Assembly: GCA_963845325.1 (NCBI GenBank)
Contig: CAWJRT010000001.1
Location: 192,486-256,485, forward strand
Direction of reading: 5' to 3'
Origin: an uncultured Spirochaetota bacterium
Lineage (GTDB): Bacteria > Spirochaetota > Spirochaetia > SZUA-6 > Fen-1364
DNA: 64,000 bases
Shown: positions 1-9,874 of the stretch, in pieces
Layout: each line of letters starts with the position of its first letter
How positions within the stretch are numbered: position 1 is the first letter of the stretch
The notes under the pieces: generated by a model
Seen by the model: the letters and a program-made list of their open reading frames with translations, nothing else
Databases searched by the model: none
Told to the model about the DNA's origin: nothing
Translations under genes and position numbers: made by a program

Positions 1-347
1 AGGAAGCGCATCTTGCGGGAGAAGCTCTGGATGATCTTCAGCGCCACCGGCGCGTTGCGCTCTATCAGCAGCCCGTACTGGTCACGCGCCACGGAAATCA
101 GCGAGACGTCCGTGAGGGCGAGGGCGGTCTCGATGTGGCTGTGCGAGGACATGGTGGAGATGACGCCGAAGAAATCGCCCGGCGCGAGGGTGTTGCCGCC
201 CTCCTCCTCCACCACCTCCACCTCCTTGCTGATGCGCACCTTGCCGCTGCGGAGGATGTAGAAGTAGTCGGCTTTCTGCTTCCCTTCCACAATGATGTAG
301 GAGTTCCTGTTGAAGTTGACGATCGACAGTTGAAGGGGGCTCGCCAT
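1..347 (-). CDS. cyclic nucleotide-binding (Crp-like effector) domain protein, C-terminal part beyond window edge
   Basis: Reverse-strand ATG at 345-347. My translation MASPLQLSIVNFNRNSYIIVEGKQKADYFYILRSGKVRISKE...LAPGDFFGVISTMS...LISVARDQY fits a cNMP-binding beta-roll. Open to position 1, so absent from the ORF track. Confidence 0.7.
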   Translation of the reverse strand, partial: MASPLQLSIVNFNRNSYIIVEGKQKADYFYILRSGKVRISKEVEVVEEEGGNTLAPGDFFGVISTMSSHSHIETALALTDVSLISVARDQYGLLIERNAPVALKIIQSFSRKMRF

Positions 348-623
348 GTTTTTGCCGTTGTGTCTGGGTACCAGTATAGAGATCGGTTTTTCCGTTGTCA
401 ATGTGAAGAGGCGGGGGAGCCGCGACTTCTGCTGCACGAACCGCGGTCTGACGCACGCGTTGCGACAGACCGTGGTGGGCATTTGCTTTCATGGCAGGCG
501 ATGCGCCGGCAGCGCGTAGCCGTCCGTCATCGCCCTCTGATATAGTGCAGGCGATGCCCGATAAGGACGCCCACCTCCAATGGAAGGAGGTCTTCCGGAG
601 GCAGATCGCATCCTGCCCCATTT

Positions 624-1127
624 TTGATCTCTTTGCCGCGGAGCGTGTCTCCGCCAGACGGACAGAAAGGCGAGTTCTGGATCCTCGAAGCGCGGGACTG
701 GGTGAACATCGTGCCCGTTCTCCTGCCCGCAGAAGGCGGGCCGCGGTTCCTGATGGTCCGCCAGTACCGTCACGGGGCTGACCTGATCACGACGGAGTTC
801 CCCGCGGGGCTCATCGAGAAGGGTGAGGACCCGGCGGCAGCCGCCGGAAGGGAGCTCACGGAGGAAACAGGATACCGGGCGGGCCGGCTCACGCTCATCG
901 GCGAGCTGCGGCCGAACCCGGCCTTCATGACAAACCGCTGCTTCACGTACCTGGCAGAGGACCTCCAACCAGCGGGGGCTCCTGCCCTGGACGAGCTGGA
1001 GGCGCTGGACTCCATGTCCCTTCCCGTTGCGGAAGTGGAAGAGCGGGCGGGTCGCGGTGAGCTCGTGAACGCGCTCACCCTCGTTGCCCTGATGAGCTAC
1101 CAGAGACACCGCGCGGGCCATGCGTGA
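624..1127 (+). CDS. NUDIX hydrolase (ADP-ribose pyrophosphatase-like)
   Basis: ORF 624..1127 has the Nudix box GLIEKGEDPAAAAGRELTEETGY. A matching N-terminal stretch (MPDKDAHLQWKEVFRRQIASCPIFDLFAAERVS, ATG 554) lies in another frame, suggesting a frameshift near 652. Confidence 0.8.
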   Translation: MISLPRSVSPPDGQKGEFWILEARDWVNIVPVLLPAEGGPRFLMVRQYRHGADLITTEFPAGLIEKGEDPAAAAGRELTEETGYRAGRLTLIGELRPNPAFMTNRCFTYLAEDLQPAGAPALDELEALDSMSLPVAEVEERAGRGELVNALTLVALMSYQRHRAGHA

Positions 1128-1230
1128 CCGGCCCGGGCTTGCCCGGCAGGGCGGGTTTGCCATGATTCGAACAGTGAGCTGGCCGCTCAAGGGCGTGGTC
1201 GAGGCAACGGTTGATCAGGGGGGTGGCGAA

Positions 1231-1302
1231 AGGCGCCGACCGGATTCGAACCGGTGCATAAAGGTTTTGCAGACCTCTCCCTTACCTCTTGGGTACGGCG
1301 CC
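1231..1302 (-). tRNA. tRNA-Cys (GCA)
   Basis: Reverse complement GGCGCCGTACCCAAGAGGTAAGGGAGAGGTCTGCAAAACCTTTATGCACCGGTTCGAATCCGGTCGGCGCCT folds as a cloverleaf: 7-bp acceptor, anticodon loop CTGCAAA, T-loop TTCGAAT. Confidence 0.85.
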
Positions 1303-1450
1303 GGAATGTTTTTCAACAGTAGCGGAAAACCCATACGCTGTCCAGAGGAGACTCTTCAGCGCAGCGATTCCTGCGTGTGAACGTGAGCTTCATGGTGTGA
1401 GACCAGTCGAAAGGCTGCGCCCGCGAACGCCCGCAAGGCTCGCCTTTGCC

Positions 1451-1479
1451 TTGACTTCCGAACGGCCCCCCCCTATCTT
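1451..1479 (+). promoter_or_regulatory. sigma70-like promoter TTGACT-17-TATCTT with a C8 tract in the spacer
   Basis: TTGACT 1451-1456 and TATCTT 1474-1479. The -10 ends 11 nt before ATG 1491 and there is no Shine-Dalgarno. Confidence 0.4.
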
Positions 1480-1490
1480 TCCCGCAGGCA

Positions 1491-2693
1491 ATGAGCGGTC
1501 GGAAGCCAGGAGTTCACCGGACGTTCGGACGCCGTCGATTGCCGGGGAGAATCCTCCGAGACACGCTGACGGCGTACGCCTTCATCGGCCCATCCGCCAT
1601 CATCATCGCCGTGTTCGGACTTTTCCCCGTGTTCTTCACCTTTTTTGTCAGTCTTTTTCGATGGCGCCTCGCGCGCGGGCCGTTTTCCGGCACCGGCAAC
1701 TACGTCACCCTGTTCGGCGCCAACCCCGCGGCTCTTGGTGGCCTCGCAGTATCGATCGGAGGTCTCATCCTGGCATTCATGCTCCTCCGCGCGGGCCGGG
1801 AGAGAGGCAGCCGGCCCGGGGCATTCGCCGGGGCAGGCTTGCTGGCCGTCTCGCTTTGCGGGATCGCCGTCGCCGTGCCATTTGTCGTATCAAGCGGAGA
1901 TCGGGACGTATTCGATGCGCTGCGCGTGACCATCTGGTACTGCCTCCTGACCGTCCCCCCGCAGATTGCCGCCGGACTCTTCCTCGCCGTCCTCCTCACC
2001 CGTCCGATTCGTGGAAAACAGGCCTTCCGCGTCATCTCTCTCCTGCCCTACATCGCGCCGACCGTCGCCACCGCGGCCGTCTTCGAGCTGATCTTCTCCC
2101 TTCGGCCTGACTCCTTTGCCAACCAGGCGGTTGGGATCCTCGGTGCGGCGCCGCTTCAATGGCTGCAGGAGCCGACGGGCATCGTGTCCTTGCTCCTGGG
2201 CCAGGCGCTCCCGGGACAGGCTGCCGGCGTGGTGCCGGCGTACTGGGGCGAGTGGGTGCGGGGCCCCAGCCTCGCCCTGGTCTCGATCGTCTTCTACAGC
2301 TGGTGGGTGTTCGTCGGGTACTACGCGCTCGTCTTCATCAACGGGCTCGGAGCCATTCCGCGGCAGCTCTACGAGGCGGCGGAAGTGGACGGGGCCGGCA
2401 GGGCGCGCCGCTTCTTTTTCATCACCCTGCCGCTCCTTTCACCCACGACGTATTTTCTCACGCTGATCGGAGTGATCGGAACGTTCAAGGCATTCACTCA
2501 CTTGTATGTCCTGCGCAGCCCGGCCGCCTCGGGAACCGTGGATTCCATCAGCGTGACCATCTTTTTCACCGCGTTCCGCAAGGGGAATCTCGGGTACGCC
2601 TCCGCCATCGCCGTCCTGCTGTTCGTTATCGTGCTGGGACTGACCATCGCCCAGCAGCGCATCGCGGGAAGGGGAGTCACGTATGGAGATTGA
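1491..2693 (+). CDS. carbohydrate ABC transporter permease (CUT1, MalF/UgpA-like)
   Basis: 400-aa ORF with multiple hydrophobic segments and the EAA-type loop EAAEVDGAGRARRFFFITLPLLSP. Confidence 0.85.
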   Translation: MSGRKPGVHRTFGRRRLPGRILRDTLTAYAFIGPSAIIIAVFGLFPVFFTFFVSLFRWRLARGPFSGTGNYVTLFGANPAALGGLAVSIGGLILAFMLLRAGRERGSRPGAFAGAGLLAVSLCGIAVAVPFVVSSGDRDVFDALRVTIWYCLLTVPPQIAAGLFLAVLLTRPIRGKQAFRVISLLPYIAPTVATAAVFELIFSLRPDSFANQAVGILGAAPLQWLQEPTGIVSLLLGQALPGQAAGVVPAYWGEWVRGPSLALVSIVFYSWWVFVGYYALVFINGLGAIPRQLYEAAEVDGAGRARRFFFITLPLLSPTTYFLTLIGVIGTFKAFTHLYVLRSPAASGTVDSISVTIFFTAFRKGNLGYASAIAVLLFVIVLGLTIAQQRIAGRGVTYGD

Positions 2694-3550
2694 GCCCGCC
2701 CGGCGGCCCGGCAAGCTGACCATCGGCGGAGTCGCGGCTGCGGTTCTCCTGGTCCTCGGCGCCCTGGTGTGCCTCATGCCGTTCCTCTTCATGGCCAGCA
2801 CCTCGCTGAAGACCACGGGAGAGACCGTCACGCGCAACAGCCCGATTGTCCTGGACCCGGGTTTCTGGCCCTCCGTACCGCAGTGGAACAATTACGCGCG
2901 GGCCTGGACAACCGCGCGATTCAGCCTGTACTTCCGCAACAGCCTTGTCACCGCGGCCCTCACCGTGGCCGGGGTGACTGCTCACCTCGTCGCTTGCGGC
3001 GTACGCGTTTGCAAAGATACGGTTTGCCGGCTCGCGCCCGCTGTTCGCGGTGTTCCTCGCCACCCTTGTCATACCGGAAAGCGTGACACTCGTGCCCAGC
3101 TTCATCGTGATCACGCGGCTGGGCTGGTACGACACCCTCGCGGGCCTGACAGTCCCGTTCACCGCGAGCGCATTCTCCATTTTTCTCCTGCGGCAGTTCT
3201 TTGCCCAGCTCCCGAACGAGCTGCTGGAAAGCGCGCGGATCGACGGCGCTGGGCACGCCCGGACGTTCTTCTCCCTGGCTCTTCCTCTGTCCCGCGCGCC
3301 GCTTTTCACAGTGGCGTTTCTTGCGTTCATCGGCTCCTGGAACTCGCTGCAATGGCCGCTGGTGGCAACCCGCAGCGAGCGCTGGCGTCCGATCACGGTT
3401 GGCCTGACGACGTTCATCACGGAGGCGGGCCCGCAGAACGAGCTGCGGATGGCCGGGGCCATGATCGCCGTGCTGCCCGTGGTCGTTGCCTATTTCCTGG
3501 CTCAGAAACAGTTCACCGAGGCGGTTGCGCGCAGCGGCATCAAGGGGTAA
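2683..3550 (+). pseudogene. carbohydrate ABC transporter permease (MalG/UgpE-like), frameshifted near 2975
   Basis: The N-terminal part reads in the frame of ORF 2683..4884 (MEIEPARRPGKLTIGG...ALTVAGVT). It continues in the frame of ORF 3050..3550 (LLTSSLAAYAFAKIRFAGSRPLFAVFLATLVIPES...ESARIDGAGHARTFF...). Confidence 0.8.
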
Positions 3551-3576
3551 GCCCGATCCGCTCAAAGGAGTTCCCC

Positions 3577-4884
3577 ATGAAAAGGCTTGTTCCGGTTCTG
3601 GCAGTCCTGATGGTTTCACTCTCTCTTCATGCCCAGGGAAAGGCGCTTTCCGGCGTGGATCCCCATGGCGCGACGGTCAGCTACTGGTACCAGCACTCGG
3701 GAGTCAATGGTGACGCGATGCAGAAGATGATCGCTGAGTTCAATGCCGCCAACCCCTGGAAGATCACCGTCAAGGGCGAGTACCAGGGTCCGTACGACCA
3801 GATCTACAACAAGATGGCTGCGGCCATCGCCGCGGGCAGCATGCCCGACCTGGTGGTTGCCTACCAGAACCAGGCCGCCATGTACGAAGTCAACGACGCT
3901 CTCGTGGACCTCAATGCGTACGCCGCGGATCCCGCGTGGGGCATCGGGAAGGACCTCGGGGACTTCTTCCAGGGATTCATCAACCAGGACGTCAACAAGC
4001 AGTTTGGCGGGAGGCGGCTGGGCTTTCCCCCGAACAGGTCGATCGAGGTTCTGTACGTGAACATGAGCCTCTTGAAGTCAGCAGGGATCACCGCGCCGCC
4101 GCGGACGTGGCCGGAGTTCGCCCGGGACTGTGCCCGCGTCACGAACAGGGAGAAGGGGACCTATGGCTACGCGCTTGACAACCTCGATGCCTCGCACGTC
4201 TTTGCCATGGTGATCTCCCGGGGAGGGGACTTCGCGCGCGCAGACGGCCGCGGGTACGCATTGAACACACCCCAGATGAAGGCCGCCCTGCAGTTCATGG
4301 CCGGGCTCTTGAAACAAGGTGCGGCCCGCAAGATCCCGAAGAAATACGACGACCAGACCGACTTCGGAAACGGCATGGCCGCCTTCGCTCTGGGGTCCAC
4401 TTCGGGGCTTTCGTTCTATGCCAACGCCGTGGCCTCGAGCAAAACCGGTCCCCGGGAATGGACCATCGCTCCCGTTCCCCAGCAGGAAGCCACCGCCACC
4501 CCCGCAGTCGACCTGTTCGGCGCGAGCCTCAGCATTCCCCGCACAACCCCGGAACGGCAGCTCGCCGCATGGCTGTTCGTCCGCTGGTTTTCCGAGCCGC
4601 CGCAGCAGGCGCAATGGGCCCACGTGTCCAAGTATTTCCCGGTCCGGAAAGCGGCAGAACCCCTCATCAAGGACATGCTGGACGCGGACCCTCGGTTCGC
4701 TGCCGCGTGGTCCATCCTGAAGACCGCGGACCTCAGATCTGAGCCTCCGTACGCAGGGTATGACCTGGCTCGGGACGCGATCGTCGCCGCCTACAGCAGG
4801 ATCCTCGACGGGGCCGACATTGATGGAACACTCGCGGGCCTGCAGGCGCAGGCGGACAGGATATTCAAGGATTCCGCGCCCTGA
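3577..4884 (+). CDS. ABC transporter extracellular solute-binding protein (sugar, family 1)
   Basis: ATG 3577 follows AAAGGAG. Signal peptide MKRLVPVLAVLMVSLSLHA. It shares a frame with the upstream 733-aa read-through ORF, and its content is typical of an SBP. Confidence 0.85.
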   Translation: MKRLVPVLAVLMVSLSLHAQGKALSGVDPHGATVSYWYQHSGVNGDAMQKMIAEFNAANPWKITVKGEYQGPYDQIYNKMAAAIAAGSMPDLVVAYQNQAAMYEVNDALVDLNAYAADPAWGIGKDLGDFFQGFINQDVNKQFGGRRLGFPPNRSIEVLYVNMSLLKSAGITAPPRTWPEFARDCARVTNREKGTYGYALDNLDASHVFAMVISRGGDFARADGRGYALNTPQMKAALQFMAGLLKQGAARKIPKKYDDQTDFGNGMAAFALGSTSGLSFYANAVASSKTGPREWTIAPVPQQEATATPAVDLFGASLSIPRTTPERQLAAWLFVRWFSEPPQQAQWAHVSKYFPVRKAAEPLIKDMLDADPRFAAAWSILKTADLRSEPPYAGYDLARDAIVAAYSRILDGADIDGTLAGLQAQADRIFKDSAP

Positions 4885-4930
4885 ACCAGGCCGGCGCACC
4901 CGGCCGAAAAGTGGCTCCTGGAAATTTGAT

Positions 4931-4960
4931 TTGACAAAACCGGCTGCGTTGCCCCATACT
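4931..4960 (+). promoter_or_regulatory. sigma70-like promoter TTGACA-18-CATACT
   Basis: TTGACA 4931-4936 and CATACT 4955-4960, followed by a G9 tract (4976-4984) that acts as a purine-rich RBS 5 nt before ATG 4990. Confidence 0.4.
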
Positions 4961-4989
4961 TGCATCCGTCACATCGGGGGGGGGAACTG

Positions 4990-5178
4990 ATGGAGAAAGT
5001 GCAGGGCCCGCACGGGCTGGTCTGCGTTTGCGCGGAATGCGGGGGAGTCATCCGGACGATCGGCCTCGTTCCGGCCGGAGAAACTCCACTGGTGAGTCAC
5101 GGGATCTGCGCGGCATGCGCGGACAAGTTGTACGGCCACTTTTTCAGAGGCGCCGGTCCGTCGGCACCGGTCGGGTGA
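4990..5178 (+). CDS. small Cys-rich (zinc-ribbon-like) hypothetical protein
   Basis: MEKVQGPHGLVCVCAECGGVIRTIG...SHGICAACADKLYG has two Cys clusters (CxCxxC and CxxC). It has its own promoter and RBS. Confidence 0.5.
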   Translation: MEKVQGPHGLVCVCAECGGVIRTIGLVPAGETPLVSHGICAACADKLYGHFFRGAGPSAPVG

Positions 5179-5212
5179 GTCTCCCTAGGCCGTTTGAGGC
5201 CCCCCGGGGTTG

Positions 5213-6343
5213 TTATACTACCTGCCGGGGCAGGAGCGGACTGATCCTTGCAACGATCTCGTAGTTGATGGTTCCCGCCCACTCCGCCATCGTCTCGGCG
5301 GTTATTCGTTCCTCTCCCGACTTCCCCAGCAGAACAACCTCTTCCTCCAGCCTCGCGCCCGGTACATCGGTCAGGTCCACCATGCAGAGGTTCATGCAGA
5401 TTCGGCCGATGACCGGCGCGCGGCGCCCCCGCACGAGGACGTGCGCGCGGTTGCCCAGCGCCCGATCGTACCCGTCGGCGTAGCCGACAGGCAGGACCCC
5501 GAGAACGGTTCTCCTCATGGTCTTGTAGGAACAGCCGTAGCCGACGAAGCTTCCCTCGTCGATGGTCTTGATCTGGACGATCCTCGTCTTCCACGTGAGC
5601 ACCGGGTGGAAATCCTGGACGGTTCCGCCCTTTTCCCGCGCCGCAAGCAGCGTCTCGCGCGACGGCCAGAGGCCGTAGAGACCGATACCTGTCCGCAGCA
5701 TGGAGAAATGCGTTGAAGAGAAGAGCAGGGCAGCGGCGGTGCACGCCGTGTGAACGAAGGGCGGCCGGCCCACGGTCCTGTCAACGACGCTCATTGCCGC
5801 GGCGAATCGGGACATCTGCAGCTGCGCGTACTCGTGGTTCAGCGTATCCTCGATATTCGCATAGTGAGTGGAGATCCCCTCCAGGGAGAGGTTGCGGCTG
5901 CGCTTCACGAGCTCCAGGAAATCCTCGAGGTCGTCCGGCAGCACGCCCTGGCGGGCGGTCCCCGTGTCGACCTTTACATGGATCCTGGCGGCCCGGGGCA
6001 GGGACGTCAACGATGAGAGGCGCTGGATCGTCTCGCGATTGTACACCGTCATGGCAAGGTCCGCCTCGACGGCCGCTTCAAGCTCCGCAAGTGCCACGTG
6101 CCCCAGGAGGACGATCGGCCGGGTCACGCCATAGCCGCGCAGCTCCAGGCCTTCCTCCAGCGAATTGACGCCGAACCATTCCGCGGAGGGCAGAAGGGAA
6201 GCCACCCGGACTGCACCGTGTCCGTAAGCGTTGGACTTGATCACGGCACAGGAAATAACGCCGGGGGCGGCACCCGCCCGAAGCTGGCGCAGGTTGTGCT
6301 CGGGGGCCGCGCGGTCAAGCTCCACCCAGACAAGGCTGCTCAT
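5213..6343 (-). CDS. alr: alanine racemase
   Basis: MSSLVWVELD...AVIKSNAYGHGAVRVA (PLP-lysine motif) ...GYADGY. ATG 6343 is preceded by GGAGGATCA. The ORF-track start 6415 lies further upstream. Confidence 0.9.
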   Translation of the reverse strand: MSSLVWVELDRAAPEHNLRQLRAGAAPGVISCAVIKSNAYGHGAVRVASLLPSAEWFGVNSLEEGLELRGYGVTRPIVLLGHVALAELEAAVEADLAMTVYNRETIQRLSSLTSLPRAARIHVKVDTGTARQGVLPDDLEDFLELVKRSRNLSLEGISTHYANIEDTLNHEYAQLQMSRFAAAMSVVDRTVGRPPFVHTACTAAALLFSSTHFSMLRTGIGLYGLWPSRETLLAAREKGGTVQDFHPVLTWKTRIVQIKTIDEGSFVGYGCSYKTMRRTVLGVLPVGYADGYDRALGNRAHVLVRGRRAPVIGRICMNLCMVDLTDVPGARLEEEVVLLGKSGEERITAETMAEWAGTINYEIVARISPLLPRQVV

Positions 6344-6413
6344 TGATCCTCCGTTCCGGCGAGGATAGTATGGTCCGGCAGCGCAAGTCAAAGGGCGCTG
6401 ATGCACGGCGGTC

Positions 6414-7442
6414 ATGGCGGGCCGGAGGAGAGCTGGGTCTGTGGAGGCGCAGGCGTTTTACGACGGGCTGGGATGCGACTACGACCTGATGGTTGCGTGG
6501 GAGGAGCGCCTTGCGCGCGAGGGGTCCTTCTTTTCCCGCCTGTTTGCCGAGCGCGGCGCGCGGCGCGTGCTGGACGCTGCGTGCGGAACCGGAATGCACG
6601 TCATTGCATTCGCGCGCGCCGGGCGCGACTGCACAGGCGTCGATCTCAGCCCCGTCATGGTGGAAACGGCGCGGAAAAACGCACGGGATGCCGGCGTCCG
6701 CGCGCGGTTCGAGGTTGCGGATTTCGGTGGGCTGAGGCCGCGCTTCGGCGGGCTCTTCGATGCAGTCACGTGCATTGGGAATTCGCTCCCCCACCTCCTG
6801 GACGACGAATCGCTTCGCACCTGCCTCGCTGATTTTGCCGCGCTCCTGGTCCCGGGCGGCGTCCTCGTGATCCAGAACAGAAACTACGACCGCCTCCTGA
6901 GGGAGCGGCAGCGTTTCATGCCTCCTGTTTCGCGCGTGGAAGGCGACGGGGAGACGCTCTTTCTCCGGATCACCGAGTACCCGCCGGCCGGTGCCCCTGC
7001 GGACGAGGTCATTGATTTCACGCTCCTGACGCTGAGGAGACGGTCGGGAGAGTGGAGCGTCAACGCGCAGAGCACGCCCCTGCGCGCCATGCGCCGGTCG
7101 ACCCTTGAGACAGCGCTGTCAAAGGCAGGCTTCGCTTCGGTGCGGTCATACGGAAACTATGCCCTTGCCGACTACGATTCGTCGAGCAGTGGTGACCTCG
7201 TGATCGTTGCAACCAGGGACGAGTCCGCGGAGAGCGGCAACTCACGCGCAGCAGCTGCTGTGCCATCCCCGTTGGCCGCCGCCGATCCGGCCGTCCGAGG
7301 TTTCACACCGGCTGCTCGGAGAGCACCGACCCATCGCCAATGGACACGACCACGGCTTTCAGCGGGATCGCCCGGTGCGCATGGTCGCGGGCCTGTTGAG
7401 CCACGCCGAGGAGGCCCCTGCAGCAGGGGACCTGCATCATGA
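6414..7442 (+). CDS. class I SAM-dependent methyltransferase, 3' end uncertain
   Basis: Motif I VLDAACGTGMHVIAFA. The conserved fold ends near LVIVATRDE (about 7215). The remaining ~75 codons are low-complexity and overlap the convergent gene by 140 nt. Confidence 0.7.
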   Translation: MAGRRRAGSVEAQAFYDGLGCDYDLMVAWEERLAREGSFFSRLFAERGARRVLDAACGTGMHVIAFARAGRDCTGVDLSPVMVETARKNARDAGVRARFEVADFGGLRPRFGGLFDAVTCIGNSLPHLLDDESLRTCLADFAALLVPGGVLVIQNRNYDRLLRERQRFMPPVSRVEGDGETLFLRITEYPPAGAPADEVIDFTLLTLRRRSGEWSVNAQSTPLRAMRRSTLETALSKAGFASVRSYGNYALADYDSSSSGDLVIVATRDESAESGNSRAAAAVPSPLAAADPAVRGFTPAARRAPTHRQWTRPRLSAGSPGAHGRGPVEPRRGGPCSRGPAS

Positions 7443-8112
7443 CCACGGTGAGTGACGTGATCAAGGCATGATCGATGAGCGCTGTGATTTTTTCACGGTA
7501 CACGTCCATGCCTTCGTCGAGCTTCGGACAGGCGATGGCCAGCGCCTTTCCCTCCAGCATCGACCGGTGGAACGAGCCGACGGCATAGGCGACACAGTCG
7601 GCGCTCAGCAGGACATCGGCGCCCCTGAACCGCGGCGCCATCGGCGACAGCAAGTGCAGCTGGATGGGCCAGTTGGAGAGCGCCGATCGCCCGACGGCTT
7701 CGGATGCCAGACCGGAGGAGGGCGGTGCAACCGCGGCCGCAATCCTCCCCCCCGATCCGCCCGGGGCTGCAATCCCTGCCGTCCGCAGCCAGTCCATTGC
7801 AACGTCCAGGAGCTGGTTCTCCCCATGCGCCGCGAGATGCTCGAGATGAGCCCTGATAGTGCCGGGTCCCTGCGGGGCGATGTTCGCCATCGCTTGCGCC
7901 TCATCATAGGGTTCGGCCTCCCGCTCGGTGAGCGTGATGGCCCCCTCCGGGCAGAACCCGATGCACGCGCCCAGGCCGTCGCAGAACAGGTCGCTGATCA
8001 AGCGGGCTTTCCCGTCGATGACCCGCATTGCCCCCTCGGGACAGTTCGGCATGCACAGCCCGCAGCCGTTGCACTTTGCCTCGTCGATGGTGATTATGGT
8101 TCGCTTGGTCAT
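7303..8112 (-). CDS. 4Fe-4S dicluster domain protein with C-terminal Cys-rich domain
   Basis: MTKRTIITIDEAKCNGCGLCMPNCPEGA...CDGLGACIGFCPEGA, then NWPIQLHLL...ADCVAYA...ACPKLD...MQVPCCRGL. I chose ATG 8112 rather than 8244 because the upstream 44 codons look non-coding and a promoter sits there. Confidence 0.75.
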   Translation of the reverse strand: MTKRTIITIDEAKCNGCGLCMPNCPEGAMRVIDGKARLISDLFCDGLGACIGFCPEGAITLTEREAEPYDEAQAMANIAPQGPGTIRAHLEHLAAHGENQLLDVAMDWLRTAGIAAPGGSGGRIAAAVAPPSSGLASEAVGRSALSNWPIQLHLLSPMAPRFRGADVLLSADCVAYAVGSFHRSMLEGKALAIACPKLDEGMDVYREKITALIDHALITSLTVVMMQVPCCRGLLGVAQQARDHAHRAIPLKAVVVSIGDGSVLSEQPV

Positions 8113-8118
8113 CTGTAG

Positions 8119-8160
8119 AATATGCAGCATCCGTTGCGGTGCAGCCTTGACGTGGATCAA
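8119..8160 (-). promoter_or_regulatory. FNR/CRP-type box plus -10 element (class II architecture)
   Basis: The minus strand reads TTGATccacGTCAA (8147-8160), 22 nt, CATATT (8119-8124), ctacag, ATG (8112). The box centre is 41.5 nt from the A of the ATG. Confidence 0.5.
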
Positions 8161-8233
8161 TGCGCGCATATTCTCCGCACGGAGGTTCTTTCCATGGACA
8201 TCATAGCCCAAGACCTCCGCCGAGGGCAAGGAG

Positions 8234-8698
8234 GTGGTGATCAAGCTGGCACGGCCGGGTGAGATATTCGGCGAGGTCGTCCTCTTTCAGCAGGACCGGT
8301 TCCCTGTGAGCGCATGCGCTATCACCGCCGCCCAGGTCTTTCTCCTCCCGAAACGGCAGTTCGATCTCCTCCTGGACGAAAAGGAGTTTCGCCGGGAGTT
8401 CATCGGCATGCTGCTGGCAAAGCAGCGCTTCCTCACCGAGCAGATCTTCCGGCTCTCTGCCCTGGATGTCGAGCAGCGCTTCTACCATTTTCTGCGGGAA
8501 CAGTTCGGGGAGCGCGAGGAATACCTCGTCGACGTCACCAAGCGCGACGTCGCGGCGGCAATCGACGCGCTGCCCGAGACGCTGTCGCGGCTCCTGCTCA
8601 AGCTCAGGGACGAGGGCTCGGTCCAGTGGGAGGGGGAGAGCCTGCGCGTGAAGAAGGGATTCTGGAAGGACCGCGAGCTCTCCGGGCCGGGGGCCTGA
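8234..8698 (+). CDS. Crp/FNR family transcriptional regulator, N-terminally short or disrupted
   Basis: VVIKLARPGEIFGEVVLF...RFYHFLREQFG...VTKRDVAAAIDALPETLSRLLLKLRDEG (C-helix plus HTH). About 55 N-terminal residues of the beta-roll are missing. Upstream frames contain only fragments (SAEGKE preceded by TAG). Confidence 0.7.
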   Translation: MVIKLARPGEIFGEVVLFQQDRFPVSACAITAAQVFLLPKRQFDLLLDEKEFRREFIGMLLAKQRFLTEQIFRLSALDVEQRFYHFLREQFGEREEYLVDVTKRDVAAAIDALPETLSRLLLKLRDEGSVQWEGESLRVKKGFWKDRELSGPGA

Positions 8699-8744
8699 CG
8701 CATCCGCAGTTGCCCACGGATGCGCCGGTTCACCGCACCCCTGA

Positions 8745-9837
<1,093 letters not shown>

Positions 9838-9874
9838 TCACAACGGCAGTCCGTACGAGGCCTCCCGTCTTCGT

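Noticed and set aside
2683-4884. 733-aa ORF that looks like a giant permease-SBP fusion
   Set aside because: Only its first ~100 and last 436 codons are protein-like. The middle is an out-of-frame read-through of the second permease, which continues in the ORF 3050..3550 frame. The SBP has its own RBS and ATG at 3577.
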